Shown: positions 15,681 to 15,860 of the stretch, piece by piece
Numbering within the stretch: position 1 is the first letter of the stretch
How the letters are laid out: the number at the start of each line of letters is the position of its first letter
Assembly: GCA_046484135.1 (NCBI GenBank)
Contig: JAWOBU010000083.1
Coordinates: 1-15,860, forward strand
Length of the DNA stretch: 15,860 bases
Reading direction: 5' to 3'
Source: a bacterium
Lineage (GTDB): Bacteria > RBG-13-61-14 > DATKZS01
Notes under the pieces: generated by a model
Database searches by the model: none
What the model saw: only the letters and a program-made list of their open reading frames with translations
Told to the model about the DNA's origin: nothing
Translations under genes and position numbers: made by a program

Positions 15681-15860
15681 ATGTCAAAGGAAAAGTTTAA
15701 GCGGAGCAAGCCGCACATCAACGTGGGGACCATCGGCCATATTGACCACGGCAAGACCACCTTGACCGCGGCCATGACCAAGGTGATGGCCGAGAAGGGC
15801 CTGGCCACTTTTATCAGCTACGACGAGGTGGCCAAGGCGAGCGAGGCCCACGGCCGGCGG
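15681..15860 (+). CDS. tuf: Elongation factor Tu, 5' part (runs off the window end)
   Basis: [60 protein letters not shown], with the G1 motif GHIDHGKT. The SD AAGGAGG is upstream and the gene follows fusA. It is absent from the ORF track because it has no stop in the window. Confidence 0.97.
   Translation, partial: MSKEKFKRSKPHINVGTIGHIDHGKTTLTAAMTKVMAEKGLATFISYDEVAKASEAHGRR

Noticed and set aside
15629..15700. Small [26 protein letters not shown] in the fusA-tuf spacer
   Set aside because: It overlaps the tuf start out of frame, has no convincing dedicated SD and reflects the purine-rich spacer composition.

Overview
This is a GC-rich bacterial core-genome window with every real gene on the + strand. 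It carries the conserved transcription/translation supercluster ('rpmG)-tRNA-Trp-secE-nusG-rplK-rplA-[L10 leader]-rplJ-rplL-rpoB-rpoC-rpsL-rpsG-fusA-tuf'. The gene order and the long proteobacterial-type RpoB/RpoC suggest a deltaproteobacterial-grade or related lineage, which is my inference. I see no mobile element, CRISPR array or accessory gene, and no new multi-gene system. Four things deserve a second look. (1) The first ~88 nt are compositionally foreign, resemble a family-B DNA polymerase fragment and replace the 5' end of rpmG; a chimeric contig end is the leading explanation. (2) EF-Tu has a non-canonical switch-I region ([14 protein letters not shown]). (3) The str-operon EF-G has an EF-G2-like switch-I signature ([15 protein letters not shown]). 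(4) Several intergenic regions are structured, including a visible conformational switch in the L10 leader, a perfect 14-bp stem between rpsL and rpsG, and a recurring CCCG(C/T)TTT motif.
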